DNA of 64,000 bases from Raja brachyura. Taxonomy: Eukaryota. The position numbers and the translations under genes were made by a program. Below, piece after piece: positions 1 through 12,945 of this stretch (position 1 is the first letter of the stretch; each line of letters opens with the position of its first letter). A model generated the notes under the pieces. That model was not told the origin of the DNA, did not search any database, and was given only the letters and a program-made list of their open reading frames with translations. The stretch lies in the NCBI GenBank assembly GCA_963514005.1, contig OY740812.1, positions 7,316,001-7,380,000 on the forward strand, read 5' to 3'.

Positions 1-263
1 CGGGGCCGTACATCGCCCGGCGCTACCTCAAGGGCCGTGGAACTTAACACCGCCCGCCTGCAGCTTCGACCTCGGGAGTGAGATGGTGCGGGGGAGAGAG
101 AAGACTTTGCCTTCCATCACAGTGAGGATGAGATTCACTGTGATGGATGTTTGTGTGAATTGAATTGTCTGTGTATTTTTTTTATGATTTATGTATGGCA
201 TGTAGAAACGGAGTTTCGTTCGAGCCTCTCTGAGGTTCGAATGACAAATAATCAAATCAAATC
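1..263 (+). mobile_element. 3' part of a GC-rich SINE-like retroelement with a stem-loop and a Rex/RTE-type tail (in TOP2A last intron)
   Basis: CpG-rich body, hairpin TCCATCACAGTGA..TCACTGTGATGGA, ends ATGACAAATAA + (AATCA)n; shares TTTGCCTTCCATCACAGTGAGG with the copy at 25540-25920. Confidence 0.6.
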
Positions 264-1508
264 AGTCTTGCTTATGTAAAGCAGACCAGATTGGGAGCAC
301 TGAATACAATAGATGCGCCATCTGTCCTCTCATCGTTTTGGCTGGGTTCAAGATCAACAATGTGAAATTCATTTTTTTTTCTGCATATAAAAGTGTTGAA
401 TTTGCTGAACTTGATGGGTCTTCCTTGATTGGTAGATTGTAATCTTTACTTTCATTGTGGTTGATTATCAACGTCCAAATCTAATTGGGTAATGGGGCGA
501 GGGAGAGGGGGGCTTTACATTTCGAGAAGGGAGACCCAAGGGTATTAGTATAATTTGGTCAATGAGGCCTGCAGGGATTGACATAGTTGCTTCATTTAGG
601 TACCATTTTATTTATTTTCCCTGGTCAGTATTGTTCACTAGAAACTACTGGCTGGGTATGGCTGAGGGGACATTTTAGGCACCTGCAGCAATTTTAATAT
701 AAATTAGTGGGCAAACAAATTAATTTAAATCTACTTGATGTATATTTCCTTAATGTTATCATTCAGCATTAAAGTTTGAATCTTGGAATGCTGGTGTTAA
801 TTTATTAACAAAAAGTTTTTGTCTGTCATTGAAGAGCTGTATTTTAATTCTATAAATGATTGGAATAGCTATGTTACAATCAACAAGCAGAGAACATGAT
901 ATAATAAAATCAAGTACAACATCTATTTTCATCAAATGCGCATAGGTTTTAGGTCATTTACATACCATTTGCATGTAAATACTGATTATTTTCTCGGTCA
1001 TTGATTATTTCAGAAGAAAAGCAATTCTATTGCAAGCACAACTTGAGAATTATGATCTACTTTGGGCTGGGTTGGCTGAATTCAACTAAAACTGTATCAA
1101 GATCCTGTAATTAATTTAAATGCTCCAGATTGAAGAGCTCAAAATTACTCTGGATTCCTGGTCCTCATAATCAATGTAGCAATACCTGGAGCAAATGTAT
1201 ACATGTAAACATTGCGAAGAACCTGGTGTTCAGCGATTATTGTGCAATCATTCCATCTTACTGTGATGTCGTTGGTACTTTCATAATTGCCTTTTGATTG
1301 TAATATTAGTAGATAATGAGTATAGATATCTCATTTACATAATTAATGGTTTTCTGTTCAGTTTGGAAAATGCGTGTTAACTGCTGATTTTTAATTTATT
1401 TTTCATTTTTGAATGCTTGATCATTGAGCAATGCAAAAGCAAAGTATTCATTTGATAAAGCTTATCCAAGGTCTTATTATTTATTTTAAATCTTTATTTT
1501 TACTTTAG

Positions 1509-1652
1509 AAATCCAAGATACGGGACGATGATAGTTTCCATATTGATAATGCTGAAGACTCCAACTTCACCAATTTCAACATTGCACCCAGAGCAGGCCG
1601 TGCAAAAAAGCCTGTCCAATACCTGGAGGATTCGGATGATGATATGTTTTAA
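1509..1652 (+). CDS. TOP2A: DNA topoisomerase II alpha, last coding exon (KSKIRDDDSFHIDNAEDSNFTNFNIAPRAGRAKKPVQYLEDSDDDMF*)
   Basis: T-rich tract and TTTAG acceptor ending at 1508, phase-0 exon, TAA at 1650-1652. The translation matches the vertebrate TOP2A C-terminus (KSK...RAKKPIKYLEESDEDDLF). Too short for the ORF track. Confidence 0.93.
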   Translation, partial: KSKIRDDDSFHIDNAEDSNFTNFNIAPRAGRAKKPVQYLEDSDDDMF

Positions 1653-2090
1653 CATATCTGGATTTAATATATCTAGACACTGCTAACTTAATTTAAAAAC
1701 TTTGTAACCCATGAGCTCAGATTCAGTAATGTCACCAATGTCTTGGTTGGTGGGTGGGTGGGCACAATTTCCTACTCTTGAGCACTGCTGAAGGGGAAAG
1801 TGCATGTGGTAAAGTTTGGATTGTTTTAAATGACTGAAAATAAGCATGAAATCATATCAGCATTAGTTGCCCCCTTCAGAAGAATGGGGCTAACCATTGT
1901 TGAGAGGTTATTGAGTAATTTTAATTTGTCCGGTGTAAATATTTGCTGATTACTTACTCTTACACTCTAACCTGTCTTCTGGCACTTTTTAAAAAGTTTC
2001 CTAAATAAAATTTGAAATATGTTGTTCATTCTTTCAGTAGAAATGTACTTTTAGCACAAAATAAACACAATTCTCTTAATTTGTTCTGTT
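1653..2090 (+). other. TOP2A: TOP2A 3' UTR (proximal form)
   Basis: AT-rich, repeat-free sequence after the stop; AATAAA at 2004-2009 and 2060-2065 followed by T/GT-rich sequence. Confidence 0.6.
2004..2065 (+). terminator. Tandem polyadenylation signals (a further AATAAA at 2451-2456)
   Basis: Canonical hexamers downstream of the TOP2A stop. Confidence 0.55.
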
Positions 2091-2865
2091 TATTATGCAT
2101 TGTATTACTTTATGTGCACTTCCTAATGGAATATACTAAGAGTACTTAACGTAATACATCTATTACTTGAGAAATCAACATAAAGTACTCGAGGGAATAA
2201 GTGAAGATGAAATAACCAGGCTAATTTGCAATTTAACCTGAGTATAATTTTAAATTGGAACATCGTTGTTTACGGAACTTGCTCTATCCTCAAAAACCTG
2301 TTGAAATAGATAAACTGAAAAGCAACAGAATGTTTGGGTAAGGAATGTTGAAGGATAAGGGTCCAGGATTGGGAAATTATTTATGTTTATGCTCAGCTGC
2401 GATCCAACTAAATGATGGAAAGTCTCTGGGGAACTTTGTTAGAAAGGATGAATAAAAGTTTTGAATTATGTCTGCAACATTGATCCACTATTACAAAATT
2501 TTGACTAGATCCAAAAAAGACGTGCTGGTATAACTCAGCAGATGAACCAGCATCTCTGGAGAAAAAGACTAAAGATTAAATGCCAAAGACAGGTAGCATC
2601 CCTGGGAAACAAGGATTGGTAACCTTTTAGGTTAGGGTGCTTTTTCAGACTAGACATCTGCAGTTCTTTATTTCGCCATCTGGGAAAACATGGATAGGTG
2701 ATATTTTGTGTCCGACCCTTCTAGATCAGCATATATAATTACTTGTGTCTATGCGTTAACACTAAATTGAGATTCCCTTCATTTGTTCTGTCATTGCTGC
2801 ATGGGACTTGAAGCTCTGGAATATTTAATTCGACCCTTCTGCCAAGCCTTAAATCACACATTTCG

Positions 2866-2980
2866 TTGTAGGAAGGAAGATAGACACAAAATGCTGGAGT
2901 AACTCAGCGGGACAGGCAGCATCTCTGGAGAGAAGGAATGGGTGACGTTTCGGGTCGAGACCCTTCTTCAGATTTCAGAC
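2866..2980 (-). mobile_element. Penelope-like (Neptune) 3'-end unit, subfamily A, with hammerhead-like core
   Basis: Minus strand CTGAAGAAGGGTCTCGACCCGAAACGTC; flanked by direct repeat ACATTTCGT. Confidence 0.75.
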
Positions 2981-3049
2981 ATTTCGTAATATGCCAGGGT
3001 GCACTTCAGGTCTTTCACCAACACTAAAGGCCACATACAATTGCAATTT

Positions 3050-4070
3050 AGAAACGGCCAATTTCGATATCAACACACTCCCGAAAAATAAAAGCACTCA
3101 TCTTGCCGACTGCTTATCAATTTACATAGAAATATTTTTGGAGGGGCTGATTATGAAGCGTTACTGAGCCCATGTGAAAGTGGCAGGGTGTAAGCAAGCA
3201 TGGCTTGTTGATATCGTCATTCGACTTACTAATGCAGCTATCGCACACAGGACTTGGTATTCTTAAAAGATCCCCACGCTATCGTCTGCACGCCTTCCAA
3301 ATTAGACGAGATGGTTTGACTCATAAACGAAACCATGACTACATTTTCGTTAAAGATTACTTCGGTGGAAAACTTAGCACCGTCTGATGTTTAGCTCTTA
3401 AGGGTTTACCAAAAGAAAATATTTTGAAACGAAGGTTTTTGTACCGCACTTGACATCTGCAAAAAAAAAATTGTTGACTTTTGCGGCAAGGGGAAGTGAA
3501 TGTAGCGAGATGCACTGAAGGACGAGAGGCACTTTCCGAACTTGGCTCTGGGGTTTTCTGAATCGTCCATTACCCTCAACGGCAGTCGGATTGAGAACAT
3601 GTAAGGGGGATAGATAGAAGGAAAAAAAGGAAGCGTGATCCTACAAGCAGCCAGAAGGAGTGCCAAGACATTACAAGGTGGGTTCCGCGATGGAAAGTTT
3701 TGCCTTGCATTCAAAACTGAAGCCAGTTTCTCCTTCACTTTCTCTGCCCCTTTTGCTTCGTGTCTCCACTGAGCATTTCAATGCATGCGGTAATCACCGA
3801 TGATACACAGGCTCTAATTGACACATTATAACTTCGTTCGATGTATCAAATTTTATCTTGGGGTTACCTTGACACGCCTACGAAATGTAAACTTGTAACA
3901 AGACGAGCTGGCTAGAGTCTTGCTTGGCGTTACTGGAAAAACAAATCCAGAAACTTTAAAGTTTAATTTAACGGGGAAAACCCAACGCCAAAGTTAAAGT
4001 GAAAACTTTTCTGCTTACTACCTGTCGGCGGGAGAGGTCAAATAAATTTAGTTTTGTACATCGTATCGAT
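3050..4070. promoter_or_regulatory. Repeat-free, relatively CpG-retaining segment; possible promoter/first exon
   Basis: Visibly more CpG than the flanks, ETS-like GGAAGTGA near 3492, donor-like CAT|GTAAGG at 3601; no convincing ORF. Confidence 0.3.
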
Positions 4071-5324
4071 ACAGCTTTTCACTGTACACATGGCAATAGA
4101 CTAATACTAAACTAACTTTAGAAAACTGTATGTTTTCTGTAGCACTCGGCAATTCTGTAATACTCAGCAACGGATTCGAGGGATGTGGGGAGAAAGCAGA
4201 AACGTGGTACTGATTTTGGATGATCAGCCGTGATTATATTGAATGTCGGAGCTGGTTCGAGGGGCCGAATGGCTTACTCCCACACCTATTTTCTATGTTT
4301 TTTTACTTATTGTTTTGCTAATAATTTAACTTGGCAGCTCATTGACACCTCTTAAAGTGACCACGCCACGTGTTACGTTCCGTTTGGACACAAGGAACTG
4401 CAGATGCTGGTCTCTGATACAGTGCTAGAATAACTCAACGGGTCAAGCAAGTAGCATCTGCTGGGGTAATAGGCAGACAACGTTATGTTCTGTATGGGTG
4501 CTAGATCATGGGGTAAGGTAATCTGTTTGGATTGCATAAATATGATAAAATGGGGACCGATTAAGATTCTAGTGATCCCAAATGAACCAATATTAAAATA
4601 GCTACTACCTCCTTTCCCAGATACTGGGCATCCTTTATCTTCAAAGTGGTCAGTCAGTGTTTGTGCTTGTTAATAGACGCATCCATTTAGTGGGAGTTGT
4701 TAGAATGAGAGTAAAGGCATCTCTACTTTAAATGGAGTCACAAGAAACTGCAGAGGTTGGAATATTGAGCAAAGTACAAAGTGCTGCAGTGATTCAGCCA
4801 ATTGGCCAGCATCTATAGAGGGTGCAGGTTCAGACTCCTGCGTGTTGTGATTTTATCACACCTTTAAACTTGTCTTAGCCAAAGGTTAAGTACATTAATA
4901 ATATATATTTTAAAACAGGCTGAAATTCTCTCAGATTATCTGCAGAGGGCACTGAAGGGGAATAACTGTGGTAATCGCTAATGTTGGGTACCTCAGTACG
5001 AAATCCAGGGTTTTTGTTGTTTGCAGGCTCAACCTGATAGCCAATATAGGTGAGCCATAGACAGACAAGATACAAAATGCTGGAGTAACTCAGCAGGTCA
5101 GGTATCATCTGTGGTGAACATGGATAGACACGTTTCAGGTCGAAACCCTTCAGATTCTGAGTGTGAAGAAGGATCCGAACCAAAAATGTTGCTCATCCAC
5201 GTTCTCCAGAGGTGACCAGCTGAGTTACTCCAGCACTTTCCGTGCAGGAAATTGACAGTCAAAAAGGAAATTTACTTCCAAATAAATCAAAAGGCAGACT
5301 TTTAGTGTTGAAATTCTATCTTTA

Positions 5325-5810
5325 CTTTAGTCTTTAAAGATACAGCACAGTAATAGGCCCTTCGGCCCACAGAGTTCATGCCGACCAGCGATCACCCTGT
5401 ACACAAACACTATCCGACACATTAGGGACAATTTACAATTTTACTAAAGCCAATTAACCCACAAACCAGTACATCTTTGGAGTGTGGAAGGAAACCGGAG
5501 CACCCGGAGAAAACACATGCGGTCACAGAGAGAATACGTGATAGGGGCAGAATTAGGCCATTTGACCCATCAAGTCTATTCCACCAATCAATCATGGCTG
5601 ATCTATCTCTCCCTCCTAACCCCATTCTCCTGCCTTCTCCCCATAACCCCTGACAGCCGTACTAACCAAGAATCCATCTATCTGTGCCTTATTAATATCC
5701 GTTGACTTGTCCTCCACAGCCTTCTGTGAAGAATGTACTAACTCCATGCAGACAGCACCCATAGTCGTGATCAAACTCTGGTCCCTGGCGCTGTAAGGCA
5801 GCATCTCTAA
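5325..5810 (-). mobile_element. HE1/V-SINE interrupted by a CR1 3' fragment (about 5537-5728)
   Basis: SINE tail and V-domain at left, tRNA-like head at right, CR1 3' UTR in between. Confidence 0.75.
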
Positions 5811-7509
5811 TGTTAAATGTCTGTGCAACCATTAAATCTGGAAAACAGTTGAAACTTTCCAAATCCCTATCTCTGCAGGTCATGCCTCTTTGAATATACT
5901 TGTAAGCACTTTTAAAATGTGATGAAGGCTTCACCCCTCAACCATTTTTTTCACGCAGTGAGTTCAAGGTATTTACCGCTCTCTCGATAAAACAAATTTT
6001 CCAAAGCTCTAATCCTTCTGCCAATTACTTTGGATGTGTGTTGCCTGATTTAGGATGCCCCTGCTAATGGAAGTAATTTTCTAAATTGTATGCTTAAATG
6101 TCCATTTAAATGTCCTCTTAGTCACCTCTGCATCAAGGAAAGTATCTCGCAGCCTGTTCAATCTTCTTGTATTAAAATCAGGATAGAAAAAGTCTGGCCC
6201 ATTTAGTCTGAAAGCTTCACCCCTTTTGAATGGCTAGCCATTGTTGACATTAACAGAAAATATGTTAATTCAACCCTCATATAATCTCTTCGCTCATCAA
6301 CTCTCCAAAGATCTGATGATTGCTTTCCAGATCCAAGGAAAAAAATGCAGTGGAATCTCATTTGTTGACCAAAAGTCCCAATGCATCCCAAGGTCTCACG
6401 GTTGCTCCACACCTATCGATATCTTCCCATTTATTGGATATTGTACATCCTTGTCACATACCAAATGTATTACTTCAACCTTCTCTGGATTGGAATCCAC
6501 TTTCCACTTTTTTTCCTAAATTCCTAGTGATCTACGTCCAGCAGTCTAAAGCTTTTCTCTTCCGCACGGATTTGCATCATCTCCGGAAATCCTTTCCATG
6601 CCCTCTATGCCAAAATCACGAATGTACATCACAGAAACCTTCGTGTGCTTTGGAACGCTGCTGTTTCCTATTGAATTGACGACGGAATTCAACTGTCAAG
6701 ACCACTGAATCTGACATTTCTTCTGACTCTCTATTTCCGTAATCAAATAACATTGTGGTCAATTGTAATCCTACACGTACTGTCCAGATAACATCAGCTA
6801 TGATTGCACCAAGCTGTAAAATTGATCTGAGAATTCCAACGCATTATCATTGAGTTTCAGAGCCAAATAGTTTATTAAACTCTGGAAGGAAGGTAAGACC
6901 AGTAGAATAACTTAATTGAGAAGAGGTCACAGATACAGCGAGATATTGATCTCCTCTGTATGTTACAGGTATGAGCTGAAAGTAAAGGAGTAGAGGCTTT
7001 GATAATCTGTTTGTGGATTTGGCAAGTGATATCCAACAAATTAATTGCTGCAACCGGTCGACATTTGATAAGGTGAGTTAATAAGACAATAATCTCATTG
7101 TTTAACGAACAAGGCCTTGTTTTGTGCATTTGTTATTCCTGTAATGATGTACACTTGAATTGCCATGAGAAGGAAGGGGCTATTTCAGTAGAATGGTATC
7201 TGATTTGCGTAATGAATAGAATAGAATACAGCAGTTTTAAGACTTGTACATTGTCTGTGAAAGATTTGGAGTGTATTGGTTCAAACCACGCTCTAGAGAA
7301 AAGTACGTATAGCAGAGGAATGCTGCTATGTCAAGGCTGTGCTATATTCATGAGTCAAAGCACCAATGACCAAGGAAGCTCTATTTAAAGTGCAAGCGTG
7401 TTGCCAACAATGTCCTGATCATTAGTTTTCTTCCAAACAATATCATCAAAACAGATAATCCGCAAATTGTTTGTCTTGACACCAAACTCTTTAATATTAT
7501 GTCACAATT

Positions 7510-7855
7510 ATCTCATGGAGTGATACAGCGTGGAAACAGGCCCTTTGGCCCAACTTGCCCACACCGGCCAACATGTCCCAGCTACACTAGTCCCACCTGC
7601 CCACATTTGGTCCCTATCTCTCCAAACCTGTCCTATCCATGTACCTGCCTGACTATTTCTTAAACATTAGGATAGTCCCAGCCTCAACAACCTCCTCCGG
7701 CAGCTTGTTCCATACACCCACACCCTTTGTGTGAAAAAGTTACCCCTCAGATTCCTATTAAATCCTTTCCCCTTCACCTTAAACCTATGTCCTCTGGTCC
7801 TCGATTCACTTACTCTGGGTAAGAGACTTTGTGCACCCACCCGAATTATTCATCT
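7510..7855 (-). mobile_element. CR1 LINE 3' end
   Basis: Tail GGGCCAAAGGGCCTGTTTCC and ORF2 C-terminal remnant; same family as 40760-41190. Confidence 0.75.
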
Positions 7856-8076
7856 CAGGAGTTGTGAAGTTGATGAGTTATGTGAATGGGCAAAGATCTG
7901 GGAAATGGAGTATAATATGGGAAAACATTCAAATATTTATGTTGGCAGTAGATATAATAAAAAGAAGCATGTTATCTAAGCGGTAAGCGTTTGCAGGGCT
8001 CCAAGAAATGATTTCCAAATGGCTAGTACGCAAGTAAATCAAGAATTGGGGAAGGTAATTGTAAAAGGTATGTTAT

Positions 8077-8450
8077 GAGAATGAGAATGAATAAGTTTTA
8101 TCGGCCAAGTATTCACATACAAGGAATTTGCCTTGATGCTCCGCCCGCAAGTAACAACACGACATACAGTGACAGTTAGGAATGACACATAATACATTAA
8201 ACATTAATAATAAAACTTTATCAGTTAAACATGTGAATTAAATTAAAAAACAGAGCAAAAGGAGGCAACAAACTTTTGGTTATTGAGTAGAGCTACTACT
8301 CGTGGAAAAAAACAGTTTTTATGTCTGTCTGTGGCAGCTTTGACAGTCCGGAGTCGCCTGGGGGGAAATTATTCAAATAGTTTGTGGCCATGGTGCCAGG
8401 GGTCAGAGATGATCTTACCCGCTCGCTCCCTGACCCTGCAGTGTACAGTT
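8077..8450 (-). mobile_element. Rex1/Babar-type LINE 3' end
   Basis: Minus-strand CAAGGCAAATTCCTTGTATGTGAATACTTGGCCGATAAA + (ATTCTC)n tail; same family at 42395-42540. Confidence 0.55.
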
Positions 8451-9639
8451 ATTGCACATCGCTACGGTAAATGATCACAAAATTAGGGAGGATGTGTTTT
8501 CGGGGATAGGGAGGGCTTTTGCGAGACCACGAGGGAATGGTTTCTTTTGTGGAATAATCTAGAAGAGAAGTTCACTGCTTTCATGTCAGCAGCTCTCGAT
8601 TTAAGGTAGGACTGTAATTGACTTTATTCTCTGAGGGCTTTCAAAGTATTTCTTCAAAGGTCGATGAATATTTCTAAAGCAAGGTTGATAGATTCGTGAC
8701 AGGAATGGGGGATGTAAGGTTACCGCAGGTGAGCTTACATCAGTCACCATCTTATCTAATAAAAATACCTCAGGACCTTCTACTGCTCCTAACTTGCGTT
8801 CACATACTCCGTGGTTATTCAGCATGAACTAACTAAGTTCATAAGTTCATAATCTATAATGCAAATCTCCATTGACTTGGCCTCCACAGCCTACTGTGGC
8901 AATGAATTCCACATTTTCATCACCCTCTGACTACAGAAATGTATCTGTTGAGCAATGTTGGGCAAATGTAATATATGGGGTGCTGATTTTCATTGTAAGA
9001 AGCACTTTGAATCAGAACCAAGGGTTCTAGCACTGTTTTTATATTGCTAAGCTACATTTTCTGTGATTTATTGTGTTTAGTAAACAAGAGTAGACCACAA
9101 GGATGAAGCCAGTCTGGCTTATGCTTGGCAGCAGAATGCTGGGACTTAGTAGTGTGAGGCAACTTATTAAATTACATCTACCATTCTTCAGTCATTTTTC
9201 CAACAGCATTTCCCCTCTTCGCTCCAGAATGTAACAGTACTAACGTTGCAGAAACGTATTCAAAAGTCACCCTTGTGGGGTTTTAGGTATTGATCACAGA
9301 TATGATGGTGATTGTGTAGGAGGGAACTGCTGAAGCTAGTTTACACCGAAGATAGACACAAAATGCTGGATTAACTCAGCGGGACAAGCAGCATCGCACA
9401 CAGAGAGTGGTGAGTCTGTGGAATTCTCTGCCTCAGAGGGCGGTGGAGGACGGTCTCTGGATACTTTCAAGAGAGAGCTAGATAGGGCTCTTAACGATAG
9501 CAGAGTCAGGGGACATGGGGAGAAGGCAGGAACGGGGTACTGATTGGGGATGATCAGCCATGATCACATTGATTGGCAGTGCTGGCTCGAAGAGCTGAAT
9601 GGCCTACTCCTGCACCTATTGCCTATTGTCTTTTGTCAT

Positions 9640-10366
9640 CCCTGGATAGAAGGAATGGGTGACGTTTCGGGTCGAGACCCTTCTTCAGACTCGGGGGAGA
9701 GGGAGGCACAGAGATGTGGAAGGGTAAGGTGTGAAAAGGAGAGATCACAGGGGACGAAGCTCAAGGAAAATATAAAAATCGATCACTGTCAGCGAGGGGA
9801 AGGTGACAATGAGGTAAACAAAGATTAAAAAATTCAGGAGGACAGTCAGACTAGTCAGAGAACTAGTATGGGGGAGGGATGGAGACAGAGGGTAAGCAAG
9901 GGTTAGGTCATAAGGTCATAAGTGATAGGAGTAGAAATAGGCCATTTGGCCCATCAAGTCTACTCTGCCATCATGGCTGATCTATCTCTCCTTCCTAACC
10001 CCATTCTCCTGCCTTTTCCGCATAACCTCTGACACCCGTACTAACCAAGAATCTATCTATCTGTGCCTTATAAATATACATTGACTTGGCCTCTGCAGCC
10101 TTCTGTGTAGAATGTACTAACTCCATGCAGACAGCACCCACAGTCAGGATCAAACTCTGGTCCCTGGTGTTGTAAGGCAACATCTCTACTGTTAGATGTC
10201 TGTGCAACCATTAAATCTGGAGAACAGTTGAAACTTTCCAAATCCCTATCTCAGCCTTAAAAAGATCCGCTGACTTGGCCTCTACAGTCTTCTGTTATTT
10301 ACTGAAGTTAGAGAAGTCAATGTTCATACCGCTGGGTTGTAAGCTGCCCAAGCGAAATATGAGGTG
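9640..10366 (-). mobile_element. Neptune PLE 3' fragment (endonuclease C-terminus, 3' UTR and hammerhead-like core) split by a CR1 composite at 9906-10295
   Basis: 10298-10366 minus translates HLIFRLGSLQPSGMNIDFSNFSK, matching the end of the endonuclease at 63508-63855; UTR collinear with 54795-55140. Confidence 0.8.
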
Positions 10367-12686
10367 AAGCAGGTTTGATCTTTGAACGCTGCTTGAGGTG
10401 TCCATGGTAGCCGTCAACTATTTGGTACAGTGATGACTGATCACTCTGCATGTACTGAGTCTCGTTAAATTCATTTTACTGCCTACATTTCTGATCCAAG
10501 AATAAATGTGATACAGCTGATGCAATTTGGAGCCATATCTGGAGATTCTCAAGATAGACACAAAATTCTGGAGTAATTCAGCGCCACTGGAGAGAAGGAA
10601 TAGGTGACGTTTCGGGTTGGAACCCTTCTTCAGACTGGAGATTCTGAATTGTGTTATCTTAGTTGTGGGATAGAGAGTTAATTGTGAAGTTTGCAATTAT
10701 AGACAACCACAGCAAACAGGAAAATGTATCCCTATGCAGGAAAGGAGGTGCACGGAACTGCAGATGCTGGTTTGCCAAAAAAAACACAGAATGCTGGAGT
10801 ATCTCAGCAGGTCAGGCAGCATCTCTGGAGAAAGTGGACGGGTGACGTTTCGGATTGGGACCCTTTCTTAGACTGAAGGGTCTGGATCCTACTGACCCAA
10901 AACATCCCCAACCCATGTTCTCCAGTGATGCTGCGTGATCTACTGACTTACTCCAGCATTTTGTGTCTTTTTTCCGCAATGGAGGAAATCCTATTGGCCG
11001 AGTGAACTGTGTCAATCATTTTGCATTGAACAGATTGTCAACATAATGGAGATGGAATGGCTTTTTACTTCATAGTCTTGTAACTTTTGTCATGTATGTT
11101 ATGCAGCTGAAGATCAAAGGTGGTTGCTTCTTGGTCATCCTGCTATATTTAACCACATCTGTGGTTCCAACCAAAGCTGCTATGGCACTGGTAGTAGATC
11201 TGTCACTGACTGTCCATTTTTTCTATTGTTCAGCACTGAGACAAATAAGATAAGATTGAGATCAGGGCGTATATGACTTGGATGAATGATTAAGTATGCA
11301 GATGACACAAAATTTGATGGAGTCATCGAAAATGAGGAAGGTTGTTTAAAGGTTGTTTAAAGATACAGGTGGAAGATCGATCAGCCATAAATTTGGGTGG
11401 AGCTGTGGAAGATGGAATTTAATTTAGATACGTCTGAAATGATGCACTTTAGAAGGTCATATAGAGATAAATGACAAGGACCTGAGGAATGTTGATAAAC
11501 AGGATGCAAGCATCTCTGTCCTCATTTTTTTTTTCAACCTCTCAGTTCACCCCTGAGCCTCTTACACTTCAGGGAACGCATTTCCAGCCTATCCTGTGCA
11601 GGAAGGAACTGCAGATACTGGTTTAAACCGAACATAGACACAAAATGCTGGAGTAACTCAGCGGGACAGGCAGCATCTCTGGAGAGAAGGGATAGGCGAC
11701 GGGTCTCGAAACATCAGCCTTCCCTTCTCTCCAGAGATGCTGCCCCTCCCGCTGAGTTACACCAGCATCTTGTGTCCATCTCCAGCCTATCCTATCTCTC
11801 CTCATAACGCAAGTCACAGCAACATCCTTGTGAATCTTATCTTCCCCACCTCTTTCATATTGTATGGCGACCCAAACTACACACAACATTCTCAGCAACA
11901 TCCTACACTGCCTTAACAGGAGGAGAGAGGCTAGCATGCATCTATGTCACAACTGAACAATATAAGAGCTTAGTATTTTGAAAATGAATAATTCCATAAA
12001 TCTATTAATTTAAGGTGTGTTAACTGATTTAATTCTTGTCTTTCACCATTAACATATTATGAATCTATTGCCCTCTCCTTCTCGTTGAGATAAATATTCC
12101 TTTCATATCTGCAAAGCACTGGTTACTCAGGAAATTTGCCAGGGCGTTACAGGGGTTGAGTAGTTATGTCTATTTCAATCTCCCCTTGTAATTGTTTCTT
12201 CCAGGGACCAAATATTTCCAGGCAGTCAGCCATCCGACAATAAAACGCTAAAAATAAAATCAACTGATTGCTGGAAGACTCTTCACCATGTTCTTCATGA
12301 ACCCTGATTAACTTAAAGGGATGTTCTCCAGGGGAGAGTGGCTTTGCCCGAGTATAGACAATAGACAATAGGTGCAGGAGTAGGCCATTCAGCCCTTTCA
12401 GCCGGCACCACCATTCAATGTGATCATGGCTGATAATTGCACTCCCGTCTCCGAGTCAGAAACTGAAGGGTTAACATCGCACTACACCCACTCCGTGGTT
12501 GGAGATCAGATTATGGCTTCCCAAATATTACGATGTCATCCAGGGGGAGACTTGGATCTGGATGGAAGCTGTATCACCTTGGTGGTAGCTATTCTATCTT
12601 CTAGGCAGAATATATGAAATTGGGCTCTAACATACTCTCCAGAGCTCTCAATATTAGTTTGTTGGCCAGTGGGGCTGCATGAATCT

Positions 12687-12945
12687 TAGTTTAGTTTAGA
12701 CCAGGTCCCCGCACATTAACAGTATCCTACACACACTGGGGGCAATTTTTACATTTACTCCAAGCCAATTAACCTACAAACCTGTACATCTTTGTAGTGT
12801 GGGAGGAAACCGAAGATATCGGAGAAAACCCACGCAGGTCACGGGGAGAACCTACAATGTCTGTGCAGACAGCAACCGTAGTCAGGATCGAACCTGGTCT
12901 CCTGCGCTGTAAGGCAGCCACTCTACCGCTGCGCCACCGTGACAC
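12687..12945 (-). mobile_element. HE1/V-SINE
   Basis: A box TGGCGCAGCGG, B box GGTTCGATCC, V-domain, (AAACT)n tail. Confidence 0.85.
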
